A DNA stretch of 64,000 nt, taken from contig OZ024740.1 in the NCBI GenBank assembly GCA_964016885.1, forward strand, positions 257,114,001 through 257,178,000, given 5' to 3'. The stretch is from Eledone cirrhosa. Its lineage: Eukaryota. The notes under the pieces were generated by a model. The model was not told where the DNA came from. It searched no databases and saw only the letters and a list, made by a program, of their open reading frames with translations. Of the stretch, positions 1 through 12,911 are shown piece by piece. The translations under genes were made by a program, and so were the position numbers. How positions within the stretch are numbered: the stretch's first letter is position 1; the number at the start of each line of letters is the position of its first letter.

Positions 1-402
1 TATATATATATATACATATATATATATATAAATATATATATATAATATATATATATATATATGTATATATACGTATATGTATACACACACACATTTATAT
101 ACATATATATATATATATTGGGGTGAGGGTGTTGTGCAATGAAAACTAATTGGGAAGATTAGAGCATAATGAGTTCCTCGTTTTACAATCGTTTCAGGAG
201 GTTCATTGATCACTATTATTGTGTCTATATCTCCAGAACATCACGTAGCCCTTTAATGTATGCCTGTATCCGTAACTCCTAATGGAGTCGTAGTAACGTA
301 CAGTGTTTCTTGGGTATTTAAACCTGGTGGAGCCCATCTTCTTTCGAGGTCTGAATACAGCAGAGTTCTTCTAGAGAAGGCGGGGTTATATATATATAAT
401 AA

Positions 403-505
403 TTGTTTCTACTTTAGGCACAAGGCCAGCAATTACCCAGTACATTACTGGTATTTTATTTTATCGACCCCGTAAGGATGAAAGGCAAAGTTAACCTCGG
501 CGGGA
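403..505 (-). mobile_element. tRNA-derived SINE family A, 3' part
   Basis: Same sequence as 2388-2566, 14650-14760, 53461-53640, 54733-54880 and 59061-59238 (ttatcgaccccgtaaggatgaaaggcaaagttaacctcggcgggat). Confidence 0.85.
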
Positions 506-844
506 TAATAATAATGGAGCTGCGGCGCTGCAAATGGGTTACATATGAAAAAGTGTGTCCTCATCAGTGGCCTTCCAACCGTCGTAGGCATTTCGTCGCA
601 TTAAAGGCCATATACCTCAGGTTTGTGCGAGCAACGGCTAAAAAAAGTCGTTGGGACACGTAAATAAAGGGGACGCTAGGGTAAACAAACAAAATGGTTT
701 AAGCAGCAGAAAGTGATGAAGAAGAAAGAAACAAGTCCCAGATTTCTATGAATATAAATTCGGTGGAATCGTGAACGAGAGAATAAAGACCATCAAACCT
801 GGTTGAAATGTGAGCAAGGAAGGAATTTCGCACAGGTCTAATAT

Positions 845-856
845 ATATGTGTGTGT

Positions 857-947
<91 letters not shown>

Positions 948-960
948 GCGAGAGAGAGGG
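845..960. repeat. (TG)n/(TA)n/(GA)n compound microsatellite
   Basis: Direct inspection. Confidence 0.95.
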
Positions 961-1299
961 AGACTGGGGTTGATAAAACGGGAGTGAGAAAGAGATATGG
1001 AGGATGAATCGAGCCCAGTAGTCGACTGATTTTTTGTATTGACTTCGAATGGATGAAACGTAGAGGTGATTTTGGCGGGATTTGAACTCCGAGTGTAAAG
1101 AGCTGGAACAAATACTGCAAAGCATGGAGACAATAAACGAACGGATAAACGGAAACAAGGGAAACAATACAGATTTCCCAATCAGTTTCACACATTTCTG
1201 GACAGCATCGCTTTTATCGTGATCGAAAGCATGTCAAACAACCATGGAAACACACAGACAAATATTTAACAATTCATTTAAATAAAGCGCACTTAATAT

Positions 1300-1471
1300 A
1301 TATAGTATAGATAATATAAGTTATATAAACTGTATATAGTATAGATAATATAAGTTATATAAACTGTATATAGTATAGATAATATAAGTTATATAAACTG
1401 TATATAGTATAGATAATATAAGTTATATAAACTGTATATAGTATAGATAATATAAGTTATATAAACTGTAT
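1300..1471. repeat. 34-bp minisatellite, about 5 copies
   Basis: Unit tatatagtatagataatataagttatataaactg repeated in tandem. Confidence 0.95.
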
Positions 1472-2387
1472 GATACACTGCACAGCATTTAGGGAAAATG
1501 CCATCAACTACAGATTTGGGTTGACCAAACTCCTGAGGGAAATTGGGGAGACGGAAAATATTTCGATGGTTATTACCTGTAATTCAAAGGGTGAGACTTC
1601 TCTCACTCACCGACATGCTGAATCTTATAGAGAGTTACATTCAGGATGTCCCTGCGGAATGCTTAGACACTTACACGTCAATTTCACAAGAACTTTCATC
1701 GAACAGCTGGAGTTCCGTTCTGTGATAAACTTTTCCACTCTTCAGTGGCCTACTACTCTCCTTATGTTCTTTTGTCTGTCTATCTCTCTCTTTCTCTCAA
1801 CCCCCCCTCTCTCTCTATATATATATATGTGTGTGTGTGTGTATACATATGTATATATGCATATATTTATTATACATACTAGCAGAAAAACCACCCTTCG
1901 GCTGGTTTTCTGCTAGCATGTGTAGTGTGTATATTGATATTATACGCAAGTATATATGCATGTAGATATGATACATCAAATTAAAATCGTAATTGACAAT
2001 ATATAATACACATAAATTGAACGAAAACGTTGTTACACTGTCTTATGTAATCAGTAACGTAATCCATGATACATTAAAAAAAGACGATATTATATATAAA
2101 CTGCATTAGGAGAAAATTATGAATATTTATTTAAGCGATCGCTAACCGGACGTGTTGACATTTGAAAATTTTAAAGAAGTGAATCTTAAAATAAACAATA
2201 AAATATATTTAATCAACAGCCACGAAATTTAGTAGATAAATTATGTAATATTCATTCATTATTTATTCAAAGTAATCCAAATTATTTTACTAATAGGATA
2301 AACAATTATAAACCGTACGCAGTCCCGCGCTCCTTACTTTATTATAGTTTAGATATACATTTATATATATATGTATACATACAATAA

Positions 2388-2566
2388 TTGTTTCTACATT
2401 TGTCACAAGACCAGCAATTATCCCAGTGCATTACTGGTACTTCATTTTATCGACCCCGTAAGGATGAAAGGCTAAGTTAACCTCGGCGGGATTTGAACTC
2501 AGACCATAAAGGGCCGTAACTCTTTGCTACAAAGCATGGCGTCAGACCCTCTACCGATACTGCCAT
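2388..2566 (-). mobile_element. tRNA-derived SINE family A
   Basis: Minus strand has a box A-like TGGCAGTATCGG and a box B GAGTTCAAATCC; multi-copy in the window. Confidence 0.85.
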
Positions 2567-3157
2567 AATGGTCATAAATTGGAATTATAACCGCAATATA
2601 GCAGATATACATCGAATTGTTTGAGGCGATCACAAAGTACTCAATGGAGGGAAAAGTTAATAATCTTCGTCTAGAGAAACCACAAAGTTAAGAGAGTGTG
2701 ACACCATGAAAAGCAACCAAAAGCAGTAACCATACTTATACCACAACAGCGATAAATAAAAATAGGTTAAAGACTAACCTACACCTTCTCGAGTCGATTA
2801 GACTCGATAGAAATCGATAAAAAAATCATCGATAATTTTCTGGGCCCTAGCGAAGATGCACCACGAGTTGCATAATGCATATGCAAGATATATGTACATT
2901 TTCACGTTGGAACTAGAGGTCCCTTCGTCAGCACACTTAGTTCTGTGGTTCGGTGTGGTCACATTGAGGCTTTCTACCGTAGTAGTAAATTCGGGTGTGT
3001 CATCACGTGACCTTTCTCAAAAGGGGTAAGTCAAGTTGGCCGAAATGTTGGTTGGTAAATTCAGGGTGTGAACAAAGTGATTTTCACAGTCTCAAATAAA
3101 AGCTTCCATATATCCTTCCATATACTGTACCGATTTTGTTGTTATTTCTGTTTACCT

Positions 3158-3220
<63 letters not shown>

Positions 3221-3948
3221 GTATATGTGTATGTGTGTGTGCGTGTATGTATTTATGTATCCATAGAAATATATATTTGAAAGAAATGTGTATTTGTATA
3301 CATATAAAGGCGAAAGAAATTACTATATTTAGCTTAAAGACATGTTCTTTAGTAGATGTTAAATAGAACACGGTTATTTAAAAATGCAACCTATTCAACG
3401 AACAACACAAGGTTGCTTGCTTTGACAGCACAAAAATATCATTTTGATGTAATTCAATTATTCAAATCCTTAGTTATGACCCCCATCATTGTAATCATAC
3501 GTCGGCTATAATTACATACTTTAATTCTTAATTTAAGGCCAATAATGACGCTACATACTTACATTTTGTTCCTGCTAAACATTGTTATATAGAGTTCTTG
3601 CTAAAGTGAAGCTTCAATAAACGGTTTTTACTTAGATTTAAGTTGTAGAGTTGGCATGTTGAAACTGAAATAATTACATGGTGAGATAGAGGGGAAAATC
3701 ATTAACGCCATTTGAACTCCACACAATGGAAGTTATAGACGATTTTGTATTCGATTTAATAGCGTCGAAGATGTACGGCGTAAGTGGTTTTAAAACTTTA
3801 TATAGTAATATGATGAGGAAAAATAAAAAATGAAAATAAAAACTGAAAGTGAATGTAACGGTATATGTGTATGTGTTATAATTGGCAACCACGACACTTT
3901 CATGGTCTAATTATTACACACAAACGCACACATACACATATATATATG

Positions 3949-4019
<71 letters not shown>

Positions 4020-4759
4020 GTTATACTCAGTAAACCTCAACCATACTGTGCTATGGTCTCAGTACATATTTCTCGAAGTATGGTATCTATTGTATCAAAT
4101 ACATATTTGTCAAAAGGCTAACTTACGGGACATTGACACAGACAGGAATGTAATGACACATACGAAAACACACACACACACGCACACACACGCCTCACCC
4201 CACACACACACAACGAACGTTCTCCTCTCTTCAGGCAACCTCTGGATATCACTACAGATTCAATAATTATGGTTGATACCATTTATTCCAGTGGACATTG
4301 GGACGCAGTAAAAGAGACATTTGTCATGTTGTGCCTTTCGATGAATTACCAAAATATATTTGAAAACATTGTCATTGCTACAAACAAATGTACTTCAACT
4401 GAAAAGGAAGGAATAGAAATGCAGGGCACGCTGGTCTAGCCAAAAGGAGGAAAATAGAAAAGAAAAAAAGTAGAAAAAAATATATTAGGATTACAGTCCT
4501 ATGTACAAAGACAACAACAAATGACAAAGAGGCAGCGGAAAAGAAAGATGATTAGAAAAAGATAGATATCGGTCTCTCTAAAGTCTAGTTTTAGATAAGT
4601 GTTAAAAAGTCTCCCGTGCCTTAGACTATGAATAAAAAGATATATAGAAGCGTCGATTTCATATTAATGAATATACTTTACAACATATTTCGAAACTTTT
4701 TTCATGTTTGTGTAATTTCATATAACTCCCCCCATTTATATATACACACATACATACAT

Positions 4760-4835
<76 letters not shown>

Positions 4836-6209
4836 GTGTATATATATAAATGGGGGGAGTTATATGAAATTATATATATATATAATTTCGTTGACAAGTA
4901 TATCTATGTGCAGAGACACGCAGATATATCGCCCTTGGTATCACAGTGTGGCTTTAGCTCCATGTAGGATAACTAGTAAACTACAGAGCCGTTATAAGTT
5001 GACATTTTGAAATTGTTGAATATGAATTGTGCTGCAAATGTGATGAATTATAGAACCATACTCAAGGCAGAGTGCGACAGTAGATAGTGACTTCCAGCCG
5101 ACCCAGGAGGGGTCACACCCGACTGAAAGGATTACAACCTCCGGATTCAGTAATCTACACGAAAACCACGTGGCGGACATGTAAACAACATAGTTGTCAC
5201 TAACAGTTTTAGCCGTGAGTTTACTATATATTCTACAGAAATGTGCACTCACTCTAATAACCCGCTTATTAATATAACCATATCTGCTTTTCCTTCACTC
5301 TGCCATAGGTAATTCCGTAAGCGGAGTTTTCTATATACGCTTTCTGTCTACGTGACGGACTAGCCATCACGATTTACATTTACTGTGGTATAATTGCATA
5401 TGGTATGACACTTTACTTCGATGCCGACTCGGCCATACAGTGAATTTCACTTAGGACGTTGGGTTGAGTGACCGGACGTGAGGACCATGGGAGATAGCAG
5501 TTATTGCGGACCTGTCTTAGTTTCAATCTCCTCACTGGTGTGCCCGCTGTACATATACTCTACTTTATTTCTACTCATCGTACTTTACTTTATTTTAGAT
5601 TTAGGGTGTTTGTTGCAGACGACCTATGCGGAGAAATCCTCTGGGTATATGTTTTGGAAACAGTATTATATCGCCTAACGCTTGGAACTGGAACCAGTGG
5701 ATGTTGTTCGTAGGGTGCTGGTATGATATGGAGAAATCGAGCTGTTACAAGGCGATATAACTGGAGTGCACCATCCTTCCTATAGACAACCCTACATGTA
5801 AAGCTGCACCACCGCTAACCAACTATTCTTCCCACGGACTCCTGTTTGCAAGATCTCATACTCTGCCTGTACATCCTGTATTTGCAGTGCTTGTGAATTG
5901 ATATTATCTATGCTTTGCTTTGTTCTTTTGTTTTTTGTTTCTTTGTTTTTTTTTGTTTTTTTTAATCATGCGGAGTAAGACCCTCACTCATTTCTTGCTA
6001 TCCTCTACCAACCTCCTTATCATCTGTTGCATCATTTATGTGATAAATATTTGATGTAATTTTTTATGACATTTTATGACATTATGTGCGTCATGTATTG
6101 TGTGTTTTTCTATATAGCGCTGGCCTTGGACCACCCTACTGGTCCTTTAACCTTGTTCTGGTGACTGAGATTGATGGAACCTGCAACCTTTGATATATTC
6201 TTGTTTATA

Positions 6210-6256
6210 GGCTCTGATGATTCCTGCCATAGTGTATGGATGAAACACTGTTAGCT
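6210..6256 (+). ncRNA. Hammerhead ribozyme (type I, minimal)
   Basis: ggct-CTGATGA-ttcc..ggat-GAAA-cact-GTT-agct. Confidence 0.7.
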
Positions 6257-6414
6257 AATAAAATAATGTATTTATAAGCACTCTTTGGTTATTCCTTAAG
6301 TTATATATCTATATAGTTCGGATCTGGCTGTCGAAACGGCCGGAGCTCAGCCGCCGGGGTTCTGAAACTTTTCATATATAATACACACACACACACACAC
6401 ATACACACACATAA

Positions 6415-6492
<78 letters not shown>

Positions 6493-6495
6493 ATT

Positions 6496-6609
<114 letters not shown>

Positions 6610-6855
6610 CATGCATACAAACATACATATATACATATGCAAGCATACTCACTATATATTAATTATCTCCCTTCCCAAACCTCCTCATACACCGAAGATA
6701 ACCTTTGACCAGCCACCTTCCAAGATGGCCGACTAATTACGTACGTGTTTTTTTCCCCATTTTCTTTTCTCCTTTTCCCTGTTCCTTCCTCTTATTACTC
6801 TCTACTTTCTATTTATCTAATTTTATACTATTTATCTTCTAATTTTAACTCTACC

Positions 6856-6888
6856 TTCTGATGAAGGACTAGTGTCCGAAACGTTAAA
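6856..6888 (+). ncRNA. Hammerhead ribozyme (minimal)
   Basis: CTGATGA-aggac-tagt-gtcc-GAAACGTTA; palindromic stem III AACGTT; stem I weak. Confidence 0.7.
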
Positions 6889-7056
6889 ACTCTCTTCTTG
6901 CTATTTCAAGCGTTAAACTAATATATTTCTTCCGTGCGATTTGTTTTGAGATTTTGGTTATTTCTGTTTACCTTTTACATACATACATACACACATACAT
7001 ACATACATACATACATACATACATACATACATACATCCATACATACATACATACAT

Positions 7057-7293
7057 AAGCTACGGGTTATATACCAACCCGCTTGGACCAAAGTATGACT
7101 GAACTTGGATTTGCGGACAAAAAGCGCAGCTCCCTAATTCATAGTCTACAAATGGCTGCGATAGCTGGCACCTTAAAAATTTGCAAAACATTCTTGCGAT
7201 TCAAGGGATGACAATTTCTTTTCTTTTACAATCTTGCCACCAGGAAGGTGGCCGGTCAAAAAAATGTACTCGAAATTAAGAGAAAGAGATAAA
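7057..7293 (+). mobile_element. 3' end of an R4/Dong-like non-LTR retrotransposon
   Basis: Translates ATGYIPTRLDQSMTELGF...LQMAAIAGTLKICKTFLRFKG*, resembling the C-terminus of RLE-clade LINEs; flanked by (CATA)n on both sides. Confidence 0.7.
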
Positions 7294-7313
7294 CATACAT
7301 ACATACATACATA

Positions 7314-9720
7314 AGACAGTCAACGCGATCAGTCGCATATTTTGGCGTGGGAGACTATTTATTAAATTTAAGATGAATACTATCTCCGACAGTAATGCCA
7401 CAACTACAGTCAGGTTGAATAACTGGTTATTCGTCTAACTATCCCTTCTAAAGACACCTTTTATTCGAATTCGTAGAGATATCCGACTAAATACATAATT
7501 CATTTTACAAGGATTTACTACAAACAGCATGGCTGAACACAACATCAACAAGAAAATTAAGGAAGTATCGAAGACAAATAACAAAGAAGGTAATCAAACT
7601 TTATTCAGTTGTAGCTACAGAAGAAACCGAAATTATAAATTGCATTTCTCTTGGAGTTGCGAACTTAATAATGATTTATTTAATTGTTATAAAATGGCAA
7701 AAAACAATCCCTCCATTGGCTATATGAATAGAATGAAGCTACACTGGGACGAAATGCACCCAGAGCTAAATTATTTCACAGCGAAACAATTACGCCAACA
7801 AGCGACGTTTGTTGAACGTAAAAATAAGATAAATATTATTAATTGTAAGTCCCCCACAACAAACATGTTATCAACAACACGTGCTACAGGTCGCCATGCT
7901 ACTAGACTTCCTAGCAGCCAGATCGAACAACGCCTTGAAACAACTATGCCTGTAAGAAACTTGACACCACCTGTACCATCTAAGTCTACCTCGAATGCTG
8001 GGGAAAACTCTATCGATAATAATAATAATCGAAGAAATAATAATAATAATCGAATGAATGTGACACCACGTGTACCATCCGAGTCTACCTCGACTGTTGT
8101 GGAAAATACTATCGATAATGATAATCAAAAGTCTAAACATTTGAAAATTTCCCTCAACGAAATCTTCCAGAGAGAAATTTACTAATGTATAACTATCTCT
8201 CTTGCTGAACGTGTTAAAACGACAATGGTGAATAAAAAACCAAATAATGAAATACTACGTGTTATTGACGAAATAGGGGATGAATATTTACGACGGATGA
8301 AAACCCCAATAATTTTGGAAAAATGAACGCCTGTTTATATGCCTTAGCAATGACAGTGAAGCATTATCTTGGTGATAGCAGAGATATTAACAAGAACAAA
8401 ACACCACCAAAAATACCATCATATATAACTAAAATAGAAAAAAAGAGTGCTAACCTACGAAAAAACATAGGATATGTGACAATGCTCCTTACATGCAAAC
8501 AAACACAAAAAAACCTCACTCCTCACCAACAAAGAGTGAAAATTAAAATAGAGACGATGTTTGGTAACAGTAGAACCAGAACTCCCCCAATATAAGCTGA
8601 TCACCCTCAAACAAGATTTGAGAGCTGTTAGTGAAAAACGCCGATACCTGAAGAAGGGAGATGAGAGAAAAGTGCTTAATAAAAGATTCAGACGAAACCA
8701 AACATCAGTCTATAGTGATATGAAGGGCAAAATAATAAGTGCCACTGAGGCCCCATCCCAGAAAGACAGATTTCTTTTTGAGAAAAAAATGGGGTGAAAA
8801 GAAGAATTTCAACCAAGATGCAGTGTGGCTGAGAGAAATCCGAAAAAATTATTGCTCCTACACTACAACAAAAACATAAGAAATAAGTGAGGGTACCCTT
8901 GAGACTGTGATAGGAAAACTACAAGATAAGAAAACACCAGGAAGAGACATGATTGTCGGCTACTGGTACAACAAATTAATATTATATCGAAGGTACCGTA
9001 CTGACCTCTACCAACAAGTTCTTAAGGGAGATACACTTATACCAGAATGGTTGACATTAGCACAAACGTTACTGGCCCCTAAGAACAAAGACACCCATTT
9101 GGCAAAAAACTACCGACCCATTGCATGATAGAACCTGAAGTATAAGATATATACAGCCTGCCTGAACCTATTCCTCCAAGATCACCGTGAAAATAATAAC
9201 ATTATCACAGATGAACAAGCAGCTGGAAAGAAAGGGGTTTGGGTATGTGCTGAACAACTCCCCTAATCAACAAAACTGTGATGTCGGAGGTGCGACAACT
9301 TAGGAGGAATATGACTACAATCTGGCTGGACTACAGCAAAGCTTTCGATACTGTTTCCAACTCTTGCATGATAGAGGCCCTCCAACTTGCTAAAGTCCCA
9401 GACATTATTGTCAGAGACATAGAGAGGCTGTCTTCTTCTTGGGCTACTATCCTAAGGTTAAAGACAGAGAGGGAGGACTCTATTTTCACTGATAAAATAA
9501 AATATTGCAGGGATATATTTCAGGGGAACTGTCTCTCTGTGATATTGTTCATCTTGTCATTAAACCCCTTGTCCTTTCTGCTCAAGAAATGTAAGGGATA
9601 CATCATTGGCTCACAGGAGGACAGTAATACGAACCTAACCCATAATTTCTTTGTAGACCATCTTTGTGCCAAGAACATGGATGGGATGAAGAAAAATCTT
9701 GACCTGGTTACAACGTTCTC
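7314..9720 (+). mobile_element. R4/Dong-like non-LTR retrotransposon, frameshifted and 3'-truncated
   Basis: RT motifs across broken ORFs: PGRDMIVGYWY, PEWL..AQTLLAPK..NYRPIA, WLDYSKAFDTV, IFQGNCLSVILF, HNFFVDHL. Confidence 0.85.
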
Positions 9721-9730
9721 AACGTTCTCA

Positions 9731-10490
9731 AACCCACACGATATGCAAATTGGGCTACTCAGCCGTTAATATGCATAAGGTAAGTATATACGTTCAACAA
9801 TCTGGCAGGAAGGTATACGTTGCTGACGATAGCTAACAAGCTTGAAACTATACAGCGTTCCTTTGTCAGTGTTGAACAAACGAGCAACGGTGGTTGCTAG
9901 ACACTACGGCTTAATACGGGATGTTTGTTTACAAACACACCGAGCATTATAATAAATGTTCGGTAAATCCATACGTGCATATATATATGTGTGTATGTAT
10001 GTATATATATATATACATACTACTGTACGTCGGTATACATATATGTATGTACGTGTACATACTTATATTTAAGTAACAGCCGTACTAAGAGTGGGAAATG
10101 AAATATCGTTTCATTTTTCCGTTTATCGTTTTCGGTGCACCCGGCTGATTAACCCACTCGATATGCAAATTGGGCTACTCAGCCGTTAATATGCATAAGG
10201 TAAGTATATACGTTCAATAATCTGGCAGGAAGGTATACGTTGCTGACGATAGCTAACAAGCTTGAAACTAGTACAGCGTTCCTTTGTCAGTGTTGAACAA
10301 ACGAGCAACGGTGGTTGCTAGACACTACGGCTTAATAGGGGATGTTTGTTTACAAACACACCGAGCATTATAATAAATATTCGGTGAATCCATACGTGCA
10401 TATATATATGTGTGTATGTATGTATATATATATATACATACTACTGTACGTCGGTATACATATATGTATGTACGTGTACATACTTATATA
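9731..10490 (+). repeat. 420-bp tandem repeat (about 1.8 units), each unit carrying a hammerhead ribozyme
   Basis: 9781-9840 recurs at 10201-10260 (offset 420); homologous to 58515-59397. Confidence 0.9.
10238..10278 (+). ncRNA. Hammerhead ribozyme (intact core)
   Basis: cgttg-CTGACGA-tagct-aaca-agctt-GAAA-ctag-TA-cagcg; paralog at 9818-9857 has a 1-nt deletion in stem III. Confidence 0.85.
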
Positions 10491-11409
10491 TATATATATT
10501 AATATATATATATAGAGAGAGAGAGATAAATAGATATATAGATAGAGGTGTTGTTGCTCTGGGCAGCGAGGTTTGTCGACTCTGTTTCTCTGAGAGTGTG
10601 GAGATCCTCAAACTACGCGGGGGGGGGGGGGTGATCAACTTTAGGTTTGAGATTCTGATAAATTATATGCATCGAAGGAACCATGTGTTCGCCCATCTCG
10701 CAGGTAGACGCACCGCGGGGCCTGCTGTCTTCCTGCGTAAGCTACCGACCCTGTCCTGCCACGGTAGCCCCATTACTCCTCCCAGAGCACCAACACACAC
10801 TTTTTCTTGCATTTTGTGTGTGCTTTTTAATGATGTGTATATATGTATATGTATTTGTAAATGTGTGTGTATATATATGCATGTGTGTATGTATATGTAT
10901 GTAAGTATGTGTATGTGTGTGTATGTGTATGTATATATATATGTACATGTACAATTTCTACGTGTGGGAGTGTATGTGTGCATGTAGCTATTTTTTGCAC
11001 CTGTGTGAGTATGTGTGTGTTCGTATATACGTGGATATATTTCTTTATTTATATCCATTATTTTTGTTTTCGTTTATAACTGTTATTTTCTTGAAATGCT
11101 CGGGATACGGGCTTCCGTTGAATTCTAGACCTGTGATTGGTCATTCTATATGTTTGTTTGTGCCTGGTTGGTTCGTCCACAGATTTGATGTGATTTTTGT
11201 TGTGTTAATACTGACCTGAGGACCAGGCAGACTTGTAGTCTGGTTTAGGGTGCCAACCCAGATCACGAGCCAGCTGCTTGAGAAACATTTGTAACTAGGA
11301 TTGAAGAACATTAAATCTCATACGTAACACCCCCACATCGTACACTATGCTCTGCATTGAGTGATGACCTTGGTTCTCTTACCCTTTTTCTTCGGAATTA
11401 CTGAACTTT

Positions 11410-11459
<50 letters not shown>

Positions 11460-11504
11460 ACACGCACGCACGCACGCACGCACACCACACCACACACATA
11501 TATA

Positions 11505-11868
11505 TATAGCATAAGATGTACAGAGGGTACTTACAGAAACATGACAACAACATACATAGGCGAGACAGCTCGTAGCATAGATGAAAGGATAGGCCAACAC
11601 TGAGGGGAACTAAAGGGAAGAAAAAACGGTTCAGTACTATACGAACACGCCAAACAACAACATGACGGTAACATAGACAACATAGAAATAAAAATAATAT
11701 CTAAACATAGAAATGACCCAGCAGATAGGGAAATCAGAGAGGCCAGCGAAATAGAACTTAGAAGGCCAAGGCTAAACAGAAAAAATGAATGGAATAACAA
11801 CACCCAAACAAACAATACTGACCTAAGAGAAATATAAATGAATAAATAAATATATACACAAGCACAAT
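11505..11868 (+). mobile_element. Penelope-like element (Neptune-like), GIY-YIG endonuclease 3' fragment
   Basis: IYSIRCTEG...TYIGETARSIDERIGQH*; homologous to 36298-36615 and 42085-42140. Confidence 0.85.
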
Positions 11869-12040
11869 ATTCGCTTCAAGCATAGCTGCTTGAAGCGAAA
11901 TCCTATTTCTTTTTTATTATAAGTTGAGCCAACTTATGCTACTGCATATGCAAATGAGATTAATCACCTCATTTACACAGACGATAAATGTATATATTCT
12001 CGCCTGTCTTCTAGTCCAGCAGTCGCAACCGAAGGGAGGG

Positions 12041-12084
12041 ACCGTCCTGACGAAGGGCAGTTAAGCCTGAAATGCATAGACGGT
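12041..12084 (+). ncRNA. Hammerhead ribozyme (intact core)
   Basis: accgtc-CTGACGA-agggc..gcct-GAAA-tgca-TA-gacggt. Confidence 0.85.
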
Positions 12085-12861
12085 TGTCCCCCTTGCTTCT
12101 GCTGGACATCACCAGAGGGCGCTAGCCCTCCGGTGTTTCGGTAGCTTAAATTGTTGTTTTAAAGTAATGAAAAAGGCATAATTTGTTTTAGTTCTTGAAA
12201 AAAATCACCCAAAACGGAACATTCGATTTTGCCATAAGTGTAAAAAACAAAAATATTTTAGAAGCTTATTTTTCAATTTGCTAATGAGGTAATTGGACAA
12301 TACTTCTCTATTTTTAACGTATTTAACAGTTTATAGCTATAGCATAACATATAAACTTAGAACTAAGAAAAAATTGCAAACTTGCATTTACAATTAGAAA
12401 CTTACATCTACATATAGGTACAGCTATATACAGAAAAAGACTGTGGAATATTCAGCAAAATTATAGCATAACATACAATTATAGTGTTGTGTTAGATAAA
12501 TTGAAGCTAAGCTCAAAGAACTGCGAAGGATAGCTGGCTAATAAAAACGGAGAAATAAATATCTCCATTATTAGCATAATGTTTACCAAGTCCTTTCAGT
12601 CAAATAGTCGCAACTGCAGGTGTTCTGAAAGCCAATGAGTGTATTTACATGTTTGTGATCTATCATCCATTCTATTTCTTTTTTCCTATCTTCTCTTCGA
12701 GCCAACTCACTTCGAGCCGCTGATTTCTGTTTCGAAGTAATGCTATATCCAACGCCGTTGCGGCGGCATTTTTCTACTTTAACAGTTTCTTTACGTTTTT
12801 CTATTTTCCTACGAATTCAAATACACTCGCGTTTTGAAAATTCGATATTTGAGTTAATTTT

Positions 12862-12904
<43 letters not shown>

Positions 12905-12911
<7 letters not shown>

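Noticed and set aside
1300-1471. CRISPR-like periodic repeat
   Set aside because: Contiguous identical units with no spacers, in a eukaryotic context
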